Assembly: GCF_009914755.1 (NCBI RefSeq)
Contig: NC_060936.1
DNA: 64,000 nucleotides
Source: the human T2T-CHM13v2.0 reference genome, Homo sapiens
Reading direction: 5' to 3' (one strand)
Under the pieces are notes generated by a model that saw only the letters and a program-made list of their open reading frames with translations, had not been told where the DNA came from and did no database searches. This document shows positions 34,861-51,434 of the stretch, piece by piece; position 1 is the stretch's first letter, and each line of letters begins with the position of its first letter. Made by a program: the position numbers and the translations under genes.

Positions 34861-36659
34861 CATGGAATAGTCTAGTTTGTATTCTAATGTCCACCTAGCC
34901 TTTAATCTCCAATTTTCTTGTGATTTTTAAAAAGTCTTCTGATTGTCTTCTCTAAATCTAAACATGCTTTTTAGTATTACATAGTTTCAAGCATTTGATT
35001 ATTTCATTGTGTCTTATTGTATAGTTGCATCTGAAGATTTTTGTACTGAAATAGAATTTTTTAAATAAATTACTGTCATTTCTCCATTATATTATAGTTG
35101 ACAAATTTTATTAATTTTAAAATTATGTAGGTAGGTATGTTATATTCTTATTTACACTTTGAGACAGAAAAAAAGGAATATTATAAAATATTTGTTATGA
35201 ACTGGGGTAATACTGATTTTAAAAAACAAATGTGCAGTAGGACTCTATCAACATTCTCTATTTAAGGTGGAATGCTAACAAAAGTACATTCTACTGATGC
35301 TACATTTCAGGAAGGCTGTTTATATGTCTCCTTGGATTTTGTTTTATAAACTAGTGTTGAGGGATTTTTATAAACTTCCAAAGCACAGGTAATACAGAGT
35401 AACAGTAAGCACAAAAAGCCACCAAGTAAATTAAAATCGCAACTAAGTTTCTAAACTTTATTCAGCTACATTCCATTAGCATTTCAAAGATATTAAGAAA
35501 ACACACCTGAGGAAAATGAGGGGCTTGAACAAGATTTTGGACCTATATCCAAAATAATTCAGGAATTACTTTGCTGAAACACCATACGAATATACTTTAA
35601 AATAGCTTTAACATCTATTTTGTTTTTACCACGTAGCAAACCACAGACTACATTTTCACTAAGCAAAGCCTGACTACAAAAACAAATCTACAAAGATGAC
35701 AGAATAAGAGAAGCTGGGAGACTGCTGTTTCTCCTCACTCATGACTATGTAGATCTCTTATTGCATTGCTGATCTGTCAGGTTTGTGCTAGTTTCTATTA
35801 AATTGAGTAAAGAATTTAGAAGCAGAAACCAGAGGGAATGTATGAGATATACCATTATATTTTTAGTGCTTGGCTTTATTTTTGTTTGTTTTGATTTTCC
35901 TTTATAAGAATACTGTAATAAAGGGATTTGTACTTGATATCTTCTGAGTCCACGTGTCTCCCCAGCCTGTCTTTTGAGTGAACCTAGGTAACTTTGAAAT
36001 AAAGATTAAGAAAATATTGGCCCATTGAAAGATTTCCTCACTAAGCAACACTTTCATTGACACTGCTACCCTGGAGAAATTTCAAAACCACTTGAACCCT
36101 CTCCTTTTTTCTCTTCTCTTTAAAGCTGTTTTCACACATACAAGTTTTTCTTAAAAAAAAAAGATAATAGTAGACAACGAATAATAGAAATATATTTGAA
36201 CTGATAAATATGCCATTTTCTGAAAGTAGTTTATATCTGTCCATAAAAACTCAGAAAAGAGCCAGGATCTTGGGACAATAAACTATAATTGATTTAGTCA
36301 TATTGTTCAATGCCTTGAAGGTAAAATGTTATTTTAATGTAAAAATATAAAAAATTAATTATTTAATGTAAAATGTAAAAAATTTATTTTTGTAAGGATT
36401 TGGATCAGATTATTTTAAATCAGTTAACTATTGCAGTGGATTTAAAACACTGCTGTTATAATCACGCAAATATTACTACCTAAATTATTTGTTATACTTC
36501 AGTAGCCCAAAAGTGGTAGCAATTTATCCATAATGCTGTCTTAATCACTCACAGATTCTTAGCCAATATTAGCAACTAACCGAGGTTCAGGAGAACATTG
36601 TTTGCTATGGTGAGCATCTATGAAATGAGGTCATTTGTAGCATGAGCTGCAAAGTTGGT

Positions 36660-36835
36660 CTTCCCAAGTTCAAAATTCTGACTCTACCATTACTAGTGTG
36701 TGACCTTGGGCAAATGATATAATTTCTCTGTAAAATAAAGACAATAATAGTACTTTACCTCTGGGAAGGTGTGAGCAGTAAAGTATTCGTGTATATAAAG
36801 TGCTTAAAACAATGTCTGGAATATAATGGTCACAT
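36660..36835 (+). mobile_element. MIR
   Basis: gttcaaaattctgactctaccattactagtgtgtgaccttgggcaa...ctctgtaaaat. Confidence 0.8.
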
Positions 36836-38929
36836 TCAAATTCCATAAGCTTCCACTGCATATGTATAGAGCACCTACTATGTGCAAGACTGTATATGCC
36901 ATAGGAAGGAGTTAAATCAAAGCACATAATTTTTCTGGACCTCAACAGCATTACAACTCAGAACTTTTCTGCGAGAAGGACTTCTAAATTAAAATGTCTT
37001 AGCAGGACAGCGATGGCTCTTTATGATATGGCTCTTGCATATGCTCTAGCCTCCTCTTCAACTGTTCGCCCTCACACAGTTTGCTCCAGCACGACAGTTA
37101 CTAAATGTATTATCCATAGTTTTTCTTTCTTCCAGGTCTTTATACAAATTGTCTCCTCTGCCTGAAATTCCTTACTTGCCATAGCTTGTCTACCTAGACT
37201 CCTTCTAGTTAGCCTTCAGAACTCTATTTTTCTTTAAAGCTTTTCCTTTTTTCTGGTACCAACTTCCTAACCCACTATTCCTCAGCAATTCTCCCTCCAT
37301 AACAAGTTTATACTTTGCATATGTTTATAAATTTTACTTTTATTATTTTGTATTTACTTGAGGCCAAGGACACACTGTCTTTTCATCTTTGTGTCTCCAG
37401 TTCCAGCACAAAATCTGGCTCATAGGTAGGCAGAATTATTATTCTCCTTTAGCTCAAAGGCCCTCATATCAAGTTATCAAGAAAGACTTCCAAAGAGCTC
37501 TTACGGGAAAAGGGTGAGAGGACATAATAATCAAAGGCGACATTCACTGTGAAGCTGAACCGAAGGTAGGCGACCTTCCAGAACCATTCTGCCATGCCCT
37601 CTACCCCACTCTACTTTACAATACATCTTTGCTTTTTCTCTCTCCTTTTATTTCTTTTCTCCCTTTCCTCGACCTTTCTTTAACATTATCATCTTCTGTT
37701 CCCTTTCTTTCCTCCTTGCCCCTGCTGATTTAAAATGTTCATTGTTTATTTTTTTCTCTACCTGTCTCGTGGCAGCCCCATCTAATTCAGAGTCAAGATG
37801 CAAGCAGCCACCAAATTGGTCCTCCAGCTAAACAGTGTCCTCACCCCCAAGCATGTTTATTCCAAGTGGAGATCAGGGACTCGGTGATAGCTTCATCTTT
37901 TTGTTTTAAAAATAACGAATTGTATTGAAATGTCCAGAAAATAAGATTAGTTCATTTTACATGATGATTGTTATCTAACATAGCCCAGTTTCCTGTGTTT
38001 TCACTGAGACAGTTCAAAAGAAACCTGGATACACTGTTACAGTGGCTTTTCCTCCAGTGGGTACTTGTGTGAGGTTTGCTTTGCTGAGTAGCTGTTTATA
38101 CGAAACTTGTGTAGGTTTCTGTGTTTCACCCTATCAGGCACACAAAGCACAGCAGTTCCTCTTTTCAGCTACATTGTCGATATCACCACAACCGTGGATA
38201 TCATTTGAAGTGGTGCTTCCACGTGGCCTGGACAGCCATCTTCTGCCCACAGTGATTGGAACTGTTCTGTCATCTCACCTTTCTACAGCTGCTGTCATTC
38301 ATCCACCTTTCTTTTCCGGATCTGCTAATGTGGCTCTAATGCGATTTACCTGGCTGCTTTCCAGGCCCTCATCAGTAGTGAATCTGTTTTGCTATTTTGC
38401 ATTAAGTAGTCTTAAGCACCAGTGCTACTGACGTGAAAGGCAAGGTACTTCCATAAAAGCTTGAATGTAATAATCTAACAGTTGAGCCCTGCATAATTTT
38501 ACCAGTGCTGCAATTACAGGAAAACATATAGGCAGTTTCCCAAAGTCAGTTGTGCTGCTGTTATCTTCCATTGGAGATTGATGCCGCCTTGCCTCTACTC
38601 TGGATTACTTGATTTGGCCATTCCCTTAGGCAGGGATAGTTGGATCCGTATGTACAAGGCACCCCACACAATGTATCTTACTGTTTATTGAAAATCTCGT
38701 CTCCCTTGGCTTCTGATACTCAATTCTCTAATTCTCTTTCTTTCCTTCTAACATTCTTTCTCTCTCTCTGTCTCCTCCAATTGCCTACAGGTGGGTACTC
38801 TCCAAGCCTCTGCCTCTGACATTTTTCTACCTCTATGATTTATTTATAATTTCAGGATTTCCAATACTATATGTAAATCACACTCAAAACTCAGTCCTCA
38901 AACTTGATATCTCTGTTGAACTCTCCTCT

Positions 38930-40490
<1,561 letters not shown>

Positions 40491-43400
40491 AAAGCTCTCT
40501 TCTAGATTTGTTCAACTATATACCCATTAGCAACTGAAATTCACCATATCCAAAACTAAATTCACTTTCTTTTCTTTTTCCCCCAACAAAACAAACACAT
40601 GCATGTTTCTTGACTCTGAAGCTCAATACCAGAGCTTATATTTAATTCTACCCACTTTTGGACCCCCATTGTCCAACTAGTTAGCAAGTCATATTTCCTA
40701 ATTTTCTGTCCTCTCTCTACTCTCAACTTCCACTGTCATTATTCTGGTCTGAGCCCTCATCTATATTGTAAGAGTCTCTTAGGAGGTGTTCCCACAACGA
40801 TTTTCCATTTATGGCCAGCCCATCGTACATAAATCTTTCAGATGATTTTTCTTAGATCTGAGCTCTGAACATGCAAGTCCCTTGTTCAGAAACCTTTAGT
40901 ACTTCCCCCTTAGCTGGCTTTTCAAGTTCTTTATTTGGCATTCAAACCTCTCTATAGTTTAACCCCAACCTACCTTTCCAGCCTCTTTCCAGCCTCTCTT
41001 TTAAGTACTCAGTACTTTGTGAACTGAACTAATTACTGTTCTACAGATACGTGCTTCCATTTCCTGTTGTTTTACCTTAGTCTGTGGTGTTCTCCCATCT
41101 GAAATGACATTACCCCCATCTCTGTATAGTCAAACCTCCCTATCCTAAAAGACTAAGACTCAATTCAAATGCTAGCTCTTCTATAAAGCTCCTGCTGAAT
41201 ACCAGTATTACTCATTTAATATACTTTTCATCTTCCACCAAGTGGTATTACTATAAGCTCATATCTTCCTTACTAGATTTTTAAGAAAACTGTAGAGGTT
41301 GACCCATTCCTACATAGTGCCAACTACATGTTATATGCCCTACAAGGAGAAAACAGTCAACAAATGTTTGTGTCATGGATAAACAGCTTGATGATGGGAT
41401 ATAAAATAGAATAAGCCATCATTCTTACAATCTGATAAGAGAAATAGAATATGCATGGAAACAATAACAACGTAGCATGTGATGCATAATAAAACTTGTG
41501 AGAGACGTGTAGAGGAGTCATCATAGGGTAATTTGGAATTAGGTTAGAGAGGTCCATCAATATCAGGCTGAGGTTAGACTTTATTTAATAGTTAAAGATG
41601 AGCCAGGAACCATTCAAGATATTCAAACACAGAAGTAACATAATTACAGTTTTGTATCAATCTGGCAGCAGTGTGTGGGTAGAATGGATTGTGACGGGGG
41701 AACCTGGAAGGAGAGAAAGGCAGGACAGAGAGAACTGAAGGAACACTAGCGTGAGATAATGAAAGACTAAATTGCTAGCAAAAGCGCAGATGTGACAGAC
41801 TCTGTGAACATGCTGTTGACAGGTGCTGTGTCTGGGTCTGAAGGTGTGTAGAAAAGAGAAAATGAAATATAATTTCAGAGAAGCTGGGTAACCATTCCAG
41901 GGTTATGCCCTGTAGGGATTGGACAATACGAGAAAGAGTTGGGCATTAGAAATTGAGATTTCTTTGACCACATACAAGTTTAGGTTGCATTAAATAAAGT
42001 GGATATATGTTATTAGTAAGACTACACAGAGGGGGAAAAAAGACAGAAATCCAGTGATAAATTCCTAAAATACAAAACTCATGGAAGAGTAAAGAAGTTG
42101 ATGAAGAGATAAATGAGCTGTCAAAGACTATTGGGTAAAGTAGAACAGCAGTGTGTCATGGAAGCTAAATTAAGAGAGAGTTTCAGAGAAACAATAGTCA
42201 TTTCCATGTGAAAGAATGTTTTTTAAAGTACTGCTTAAAGTTTGGAAGAAACAAACAATAGGGAGGCTCTGAGCTTACTCCAGCTCCAGAAGCTGCCCGT
42301 TGAAAATTTTAAATTAAAAAAAAGAAATAAAAATGATTAAAGCAGGCAATCTACCCTTATAGTGTTTTCAGTCTAATGGGGCAGAAGTAGCAGACTTCAT
42401 CCTCATCATCACCATTCCCATCATTTTCCGAGTGCTTAGTACAGGCCATCATCTGTATATTGAATTATAATTTTGCTAACCCTATACACTTATGATCCCA
42501 ATTTTATAGAGGAGTAGAAAGTCTCAAAGATGTTATGCAGAATACATTTTAGTACAGGGTTTAATAAAGTACATATTAAAGTGAGATACAAGTGAGCTAA
42601 GATCAAAGGAAATAGAACTTGTATGGGAATGACAGAAAAGGAGTTAAGAAAGAGATAACCTCTAGACTGTGCCTTGAACCAAAGAAGGATTTGCATAACC
42701 AGAGAGTTGGTAAAAAGTCATTCCACACTGAATGAGGTATCATCAGAGTTTTGTGGTTAACAGTGAGGTTGGTGTGATTGCTTGGTGTACAATATATTGT
42801 ATATCCTACAACTTACTGTAGGATACATTTAGTGGTATGGCTGGAAGAGAAAGCATGTGACCCCGTTTTCTAAGAACTTTTAATGCCATCCTAAGCAGGT
42901 TTTATGCTGCAAACTCTAATCCTTTGTGGGCTTTAAGGAACAAAGTATGACCCAACTTTTTTTTCTTTTTGGACCATTAAAGAAATAGCTAGACATATAA
43001 GCATCCAGGCATGGCAAATGCTTCAGATATATCACAGAAGATTATGCCTGAAAAGAGGGCCAGTGGATTTAGAGCTCTTTGTTGACCTTGGAAAGCCTTG
43101 TTTCATTAGAGAGCTGGAATCAGAAGCCAAGTTGCAGGGTGCAGGATGAGAAGTTAAGAAGTGAGGAAACAGAGTGAGAATGTGAAAGCGGTGAGCGTGA
43201 ACTGTTCTCTTCCATAAGAGGACAAGTAGAATTACAGCTCATGCACTTAACAAGATGCAGGGCAATTGGGTATGTGCTGCGGTAGTGAAAAGAAGGAGAT
43301 GAAAATAAATAGGTTTTCATTACCAAAGGCAGAGCTAACTCTCCTGCCTACTTCCAAATGCTACCACATATCCACACCCTTGATGTCATTACTAATCCCT

Positions 43401-43827
43401 CATATATTTGCAGCAGAAGTTGCTTGTGAACCTGGGACAGAAATGTTGATGGCAATCCAACTGATAATCTTGAATGTGAGAAATCCTTTTGGATATATTC
43501 ATATGGCTAATTTGCTTTGACTATAAAGTGTTGCTGAGACCTCATTAACAAATTTGCGATATTTCCCCTGCTTCTTTGATCAGAGTCTCCCTGTCCTTGG
43601 AATTCTCCATAAGCCTCATGCATATAGCACTTGCCAATTTTATTTGTATGTTCTAGTTATTTGCCTTATTCTTCCAAATTATCCTATATTCTGTGGTGGC
43701 AGAAATTGATATTTTATATGTACTGCTCCTATAGAGCAGGCACTAAATAATTACTTTTGGTTTGAAATAATTTTAGATACTATGTTTCCCTATTATAAAT
43801 ATGTGTAAAAAATTGACTTGTAGAGAT

Positions 43828-44835
43828 ACTTTAGTTTTCTATTGCTGCATAAAAGTTTACCACAAGCTATTCCTCTGCAGAACTAATAGCCCTAGTATAA
43901 CCATGAGAAAAATATCAGACAAATCCCAATTTAGAGACATTTTGAAAATACTTGACCAGTACTTCTCAAAACTGTCAAGGTCATCAAGAATAAAGAAAGT
44001 CTGAGAAACTGTCACAACCAAGAGAAGCCAACGGACACATGACAACTAAATGTAATGTGGTGTCCTGGAACAGAAAAACTCAGAAAATCTGAATAAAGTA
44101 TGGACTTTAGTTAACAATAATGCATTTACATTGGTCCATTCATTCTAATAAATGTGCCATATTAATGTAGAGGTTAATAATAGGGGAAACTAGGTATGAG
44201 GTATATGAGAAATCTCTGTACAGTCTTAACGTTTCTGTAAATCTAAACCTATTCTAAAAAAAGTTTGTTAAAAACATTTGCTACAATATTAGTGGCTTAA
44301 AACAACACAACGTTTATTATCTCACAGTTTACATGAATTAGAAATCCAAGCCCAGCCTAACAGTGTCCTCTGCTCGGTGTCTCGCAAGGCTGCCATCAAA
44401 ATGTCAACTAGACCACAGAAGAGGGAGTCCAGGCTTTTTTCCAAGCTCTTTCAGACTTTTTGGCAGAAATTCTGTTCCTTGAAATTACAGGACTGAGACC
44501 CTCAGTTCCTAAAGATGACTCTGCCATATGCAGTTTACAACATGACTGCTTCTTCAAGGCCAGTGGAACATCTCTCTCACCTCAGGAAGGGCCTAGTCAT
44601 GCTTTAAGGGCTTGCAACTGGGCTCACCCAGGACAGTCTCCCTTTTGATGAACTGAAATACAACCTATTTGGGAATTTAATTACATCTGCAAAATCCTTT
44701 CACCTTTGCCACATAGCACAATCCATTACAGTCACGGATCTTTCCCATACTCAAAGAGAAGGCTTACATAGGGCATGTATGCAGGAGAGGGTAGAGTCTT
44801 GAAAACCATCTTATTAATAGAATTCTGCTTACCAA
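43828..44835 (-). mobile_element. MLT1 (E/F/G-like) LTR interrupted by an L1MC 3' fragment
   Basis: Starts ttagttttctattgctgcataa; resumes at ~44285 with tagtggcttaaaacaacac...tttattatctcacag; ends aattctgcttacca. Confidence 0.75.
43868..44275 (+). mobile_element. L1MC-type 3' UTR fragment
   Basis: atcagacaaatcccaatttagagac...ctcaaaactgtcaaggtcatc...catgacaactaaatgtaatgtgg...ctgtaaatctaaa. Confidence 0.8.
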
Positions 44836-45544
44836 AGATTTGGAAAGAGAATGAATGTATGACAGAGAACAAAAGAATTGTTACTTTATGAAAAGGCAAT
44901 AGATTACCTTTTATCTAAATAGTGTCAATTGGCACTACTCTATTTTTTACAAAATTTAAAGGATTTGAACTGAAAAGCATCCTTCTTATTCTCATTTTCT
45001 TCTCTCCTTCTTTTTGGTGTCATTCCATTATAGCCACTAAAATAGTGTATTTTTGCAGGGTTAGCAGCAGCATGGTTATTATAGTGGTGATATCTTCCAG
45101 TGCAGATTCTTTAGAGTCTGAGCATTGTTTAAAAAGAAAATGAAAGCTATATCAGTTCACTATTAATTATTCTCAGTCTAGTGAATCCTTCAAAGGTTAT
45201 ATTTTGGTGATGGTGATCAGTTCATATCAACAGGTTCAGGAATGTCTATTTCCAATCTATGAAAACAACATAGATTCCAGGTTGGAGACACGGTTCCAAT
45301 TCTAAACTTTTGCTTAAAATAAAAAAATGATTAGGAAGAAGTAGAGTTTCTGTGCTTAATTTGATCTCAGTTGTACAACTTGAAATTATGAGCTAGTATA
45401 CATGGGATTGGTTATTAGAAATTGCTAGCTTGACACATTCATTTTTTAAAAAGTAATTATATATTGCAAGGTGTTGATATTGTCTTTTATAAGAAATATG
45501 CATCTAAAAAATGTAGAGGAGAATATTTTATTTAAAAAAGAAAG

Positions 45545-45846
45545 GGCTGGGCACAATGGCTCACATGTGTAATCCCAACACTTTAGGAGGCCACAGCAGG
45601 AGGATAGCTTGAGCCCAAGAGTTGGAGACCAGTCTGGGCAACATAGCAAGATCCCATCTCTATAAAAAATTTTAAAACCAGCCTGTCATGGTGGCACATG
45701 CCTTTAGTCCCAGCTACTTAGGAGACTGAGGTAGGAGGATTGCTTGAGCCCAGAAAGTCAAGGCTACAAGTGAACTGTGATAGTGCCACTGCACTTCAGC
45801 CTGAGCAACAGAGTGAAACCCTGTCTCAAAACAAAAACAAAAACAA
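45545..45846 (+). mobile_element. AluJ
   Basis: J-type motifs gcttgagcccaagagt, gggcaacatagcaagat and gattgcttgagcccag; (CAAAA)n tail. Confidence 0.92.
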
Positions 45847-45916
45847 ATGGTAAGTAAAATTCTGAGATTCTAGAAAAAAGCGATTCGTTTACTGAGGAAT
45901 GATTTGTACTGGCAAC

Positions 45917-46211
<295 letters not shown>

Positions 46212-46377
46212 TACACTGACTTTGAATGTGTTTCCCAAAACATAAAAATTCATGTTTTTATAAAGCATAGGAAAATGACTAAGTACAAAATAATTGGTGT
46301 TGGTGAAAACAGAAAAAAAATGTATCTGCATTAAGAAATTAGAAATGTATTTTTTAAACTCAAAAGTAGATAATGTG

Positions 46378-46832
46378 TGCTGTGGGTCGAATCATGTGCC
46401 CCATACTGTATGTTCAAGTCCTAACCCTTGGTACCTATCTGCAAATGTGACTTCTTTAGAAATAGATCACTTTTTTTTTGAAGATCGAATCAAGTTAAGG
46501 TGAGGTCATACCGAAGTAATGCCTTAGAAGAGAAGAGACCAGCATCCTTAGAAGAGAAGAGAGATACACAGGGAGAACGCCATGTGGCAATGGAGGCAGA
46601 GATTAGAGTGATACATCTATAAGCCTAGGAACACCAAGGATTACTGGCAACACCAGAAACTGAGAGAAAGGCATGGAACAGAGTCTCTCTCAGAGCATTC
46701 AGAAACAGTATGGCCTTCCAATACTTTGATTTCAGACTTGAAGCCCCTAAAACTGTGAGAGAATAAATTTCTGTTGTTTTCAGTCACCCAGTTTGTGGTC
46801 ATTTGTTACAGCAGTCATAGGAAACAAATATA
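46378..46832 (+). mobile_element. MLT1B/C MaLR solo LTR
   Basis: tgctgtgggtcgaat...tggaggcagagattagagtgat...aactgtgagagaataaatttctgttgtttt...ttgttacagcag. Confidence 0.88.
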
Positions 46833-47525
46833 ATGGACGAGCTGCATGTGGATCACCTGGGTCCTTGTGAACGAATGCTGCGATGACTTTACCATCTCTG
46901 CCCAGGATCATTGTCACCCACCACTCCTGAAGGAGAGAATGTCCCTTAACAAGAAGAGGGTTATAGAGCGGCTTGGGAAGCTAGACTTCATCTACTTATC
47001 ATCTTCTCTTGGGCTAGTTATGTCTACTTTCGATTGTGTGAGGACAAGGAAAACTCTGGCCTGAGGACCTTTTGCAGTGAGAGGCCCCTCCCCTGTGGGC
47101 TTGAAATGCTGATTTATGCACTGGGGCTTGATTGTCCTAATAGCCACCATTGGCTGAGTATGCACCTAGTAATATACAGAAAGAAATTAAGTTTTCAAGC
47201 AACAAGCAAAGTGATATTTTTTTAAATCATGGCTTCTACACAGAGGTAAAACAATTTCAGAAATTGAAGATCAGAAATTGAAGATAGAGAGATTTATTAA
47301 CCAAGATTATTCAACTGCCAAGTAGCAGGGCAGGATTCAAAACTTAGCCAAAACTAAGTTCTTGAACCAACCAGGTTGTCTGCTACTACATACTGCCTCC
47401 TCCTCCCAAAATGCCAGTGGAAGACTGTGTGTTATATTTAATATGTAACTTGTATTGCACGTGTATATAACTTCTATGTAACTTTACATTGAAAATTGTA
47501 CCTTGCTGCTTTTTTCCTAAAATGG

Positions 47526-47887
47526 TGTATTAGTCATTTTTATACTGCTATGAAGAAATACCCAAGACTGGGTAATTTATAAAGAAAAGGAGATTTAATG
47601 GACTCACAGTACCATATGGCTGGAGAAGCCTCACAATCATGGCAGAAGATGAAGGAGGAGAAGAGGCACATCTTACATGGCAGCAGGCAAGAGAGCATGT
47701 GCAGGGGAGCTGCCCTTTATAAAACCATCAGATCTTGTGAGACTTATACACTATCATGAGAACAGCAGGGGAAAACCAGCCCCCATGATTCAATTACCTC
47801 CCATCGGGTCCCTCCCACAACATGTGGGGATTATGGGAGCTACAATTCAAGATGAGATTTGAGTGGGGACACAGTCGAACCATATCA
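47526..47887 (-). mobile_element. THE1 (B/C) solo LTR
   Basis: tgtattagtc...cccaagactgggtaatttataaag...ctacaattcaagatgagatttgagtggggacacag...ccatatca. 5-bp TSD aatgg/aatag. Confidence 0.93.
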
Positions 47888-48449
47888 AATAGTCTCCAAA
47901 ATGTTCCCATTTTATCATTTTTTCATGTTTGTTTTCTTTATGACTTGTTAAATAGAATTTCTTAAATTGCCCTAGCACAGCCACATGCTTTCTCACATTT
48001 CAGTGTCAAGCAAAACATCAAGTACAGGGCATATTTTTCACACTGATGCAACTTTGCTGGTAAATTAAGATAAGAATATTTATTAGGTCTCTTTTGTGTT
48101 TATGTATTAAAATAAATTCTAAAATAAACTCAGCACAGTGAGAATAAATTTGAGGACCTTCCCTGGGAGCAAGAATTGCTAAAGCAATCGAAATCGAATC
48201 CCTTTTCCCTGCTTCGAAATTCAAGCATCGTAAAGCATTCTTACCGGCAAGCAGGAGGTCTCTAAACCTAAAGTCACTCCAGAGTGGCAGAGTTGTCACT
48301 TTAAAGATAGGCCTTAATGTAATGTTAATTTCAAACCTCTACTCCTTAAATGTACTAAGTATCTTTATCTCAGAAATGGAAAACAAAGTTCACAGGGCCT
48401 TCCAAGCAGGAAAAAAAGGTAACATTACAAATTTACTTAGCATAAAAAG

Positions 48450-48570
48450 TAAGGAAGGAGGAAAGGAGGGAAGGAAAAAAGAGAGGAAGAAAAAAGGAAG
48501 AAAGGAAGGTGAGATGGAAGGAAGGAGGGAAGGAAGGAAGGCAGGAAGGAAGGAAGGAGGGAAGGAAATA
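48450..48570 (+). repeat. (GGAA)n purine-rich simple repeat
   Basis: aaggaaggagg...ggaaggaaggaaggcaggaagg. Confidence 0.9.
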
Positions 48571-49068
48571 CAGGATGGGGGTGGCTAAATTATACCTAAT
48601 AAAGCTTAGAATGTGATATAAATTTTATGACATGAAAAGCATAATCCTGTATACTCTATCATAAAGTAAAAGAAAGTTGTTATATATTTTACCCAGTTTC
48701 ATAATGAACTCTTACACCACATTTTCAATTGTGTTAAAACAATTGATCAATTCACCTTGATTCCATTCTGGGCACTTTAACGTACTGCATCGAAAGACTT
48801 CATACTGATAATTATTAGTGTTCTCTTTTCCTGGCCAAAAATTAAGATGCTTTAATTAATACCTTCATCACTATCATTGGCTTTGCACATGCCATACTCT
48901 CATTTACTTTACAATTTGCTAAACCTTTTTCTCTCTCTTTGGAAATCTTGATCCTCAAGAACTTTCCACATGATTTCTTTCATAGTTCTTTTGCATTCTT
49001 TTTCTCCTTAGAAACTTTCATTTTTTCTACATTGGCACAGGAAACATCAATATTTGATCATAAAGCTA

Positions 49069-49382
<314 letters not shown>

Positions 49383-49804
49383 CTAAAGTGCTCCATGGTT
49401 ATATTAACCTTCCCCGCTAAGTTTCCACACATCTCAGTTTAGTACATGTTGAGCTAGTGAAGCTGGGATTCTAGTTTGACTTTTGAACGGCTTTTTTTTA
49501 ACTGAGATTTCTATCTTTAGTTTCTTTTTCTATGTGGCAATAATGGAATGAGAACTTTAAAAGTTACTCAAAAACTTCATCTGATGAAGTAGGTAGCTGT
49601 CTTGGCAAGTAAATGCAATTCCTGAAAATTTTTTCCACTGGAATGATAGCTATTATGGCTACAAGATAAGGTATGAGCAATGAGTTTTCTGGCCGAAGGA
49701 ATGACTCTGAAATTGCCATACCTCTGTGTAGAAGCAAGCCATGCTTTAAAAAATGACACTTTGGTCTTTGCTTGAAAACTCAAACATAAATAAATAACTT
49801 CTAA

Positions 49805-50159
<355 letters not shown>

Positions 50160-51061
50160 CTTCATTATGTATGTATTCGTGCAGAACTTTGAGAAGAATG
50201 TTTATAACAAGAAAAATATAATGGCAAAGCATCGTGGCAAAAAGAAAAAAAAGAAAAAGAACACAGAAAATAATTATGCAATTTTGTTAATTCTGAGACC
50301 AAGGCAAGCTGTTCTGGGGAGCAACTTAGGGGAAATCCCTCAAACTAGCTTCTATCACTGTCTAATTAAATTCAACATGATTTCTTATAGATCATGTAGT
50401 AGGATAAATATAGGTGAGATACCAAATGAACATAATACATGATTCCTTCAGTTCTAGAAATGTTTAACAGAGTAGTTTAAGAGGATTTCATGAAAAGTAA
50501 AAAGAATATATAACAGTAGACTAACACTTTTTTTTTTTCAGGAAAGGGAACCACATGAGCAAATAGATGTGGCCTGAGCAGGGCATAATTGAGATACGTG
50601 GAAAGATCAGTTTGGTTGCAGAAAATCAGCCCCTGCACCATAGTATGAGATAAATGTTTAGCATCCAAATATAAAGTACTTTTAATATCAATTTAAAGCA
50701 GAGCATTTCTTTTATTTTAAAAAATAGGGAGTTATTAAAGATTTTTACTAGTATTTTAATCATAAGATTAAAATATTTTATGGAAATTATGCAAAAGTCT
50801 TAATGAAGAACAGAATCTGAAGACCAGTAGACATGTTAGTGGTCAATTCCAAAAGACGAGGCAATGTGCATAAAAGATATTGTTCTCTTTTTCAATGTAG
50901 TACTTATTTTCGCCTCTACTCTTTTATTCACGTTGCCTCTCTTTCACCCATCAGCTTCGCATGTGTGAATTTTACACATTTTTCATGATACCCCTTTCAT
51001 AAGTCCATTCCAGTTCTTCTCTTCTTTCTCTGGATTTCCACTTTTTTTTAACTTTTGCCTC

Positions 51062-51434
51062 TGTCTTAGTCCATTCCTGCCGCTATAACAAAATATGTGC
51101 GACTGGATAATTTTTAAAGAACATGCATTTATTGCTCACAGTTTTGGAGGCTGGAAAGTCCAAGATCAAGGTACCAACAGGTTCAGTGTCTGGATAGGGG
51201 CCTGGTCCTTGCTTCTAAGATGGTGCCTTGAACACTGTCTCCTCACACGGTGGCAGGTGGAAGGGCAAAGGGGCAAATACTGTGTGAAGCCTCTTTTATA
51301 AGGCATTAATCCCATTCACAAGGGAGGAGCCCTCATGACTTAATCACTTCTTAAATACCTTGACTTTTAAAATTACCACACTGGTGATGAAGTTTCAACA
51401 TATGAATTTTGGGGGACACATTCAGACAATAATG
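51062..51434 (-). mobile_element. MaLR solo LTR (MSTD/MLT1A-like)
   Basis: tgtcttagtccatt...tttattgctcacagttttggaggctggaaagtccaagatcaagg...catatgaattttgggggacac. TSD gcctc on both sides. Confidence 0.88.

Noticed and set aside
38042-38431. 129-aa ORF
   Set aside because: Non-ATG start, no recognisable domain and no supporting splice structure.
48322-48588. Lys/Arg/Glu/Gly-rich ORF
   Set aside because: Translation of the (GGAA)n simple repeat.
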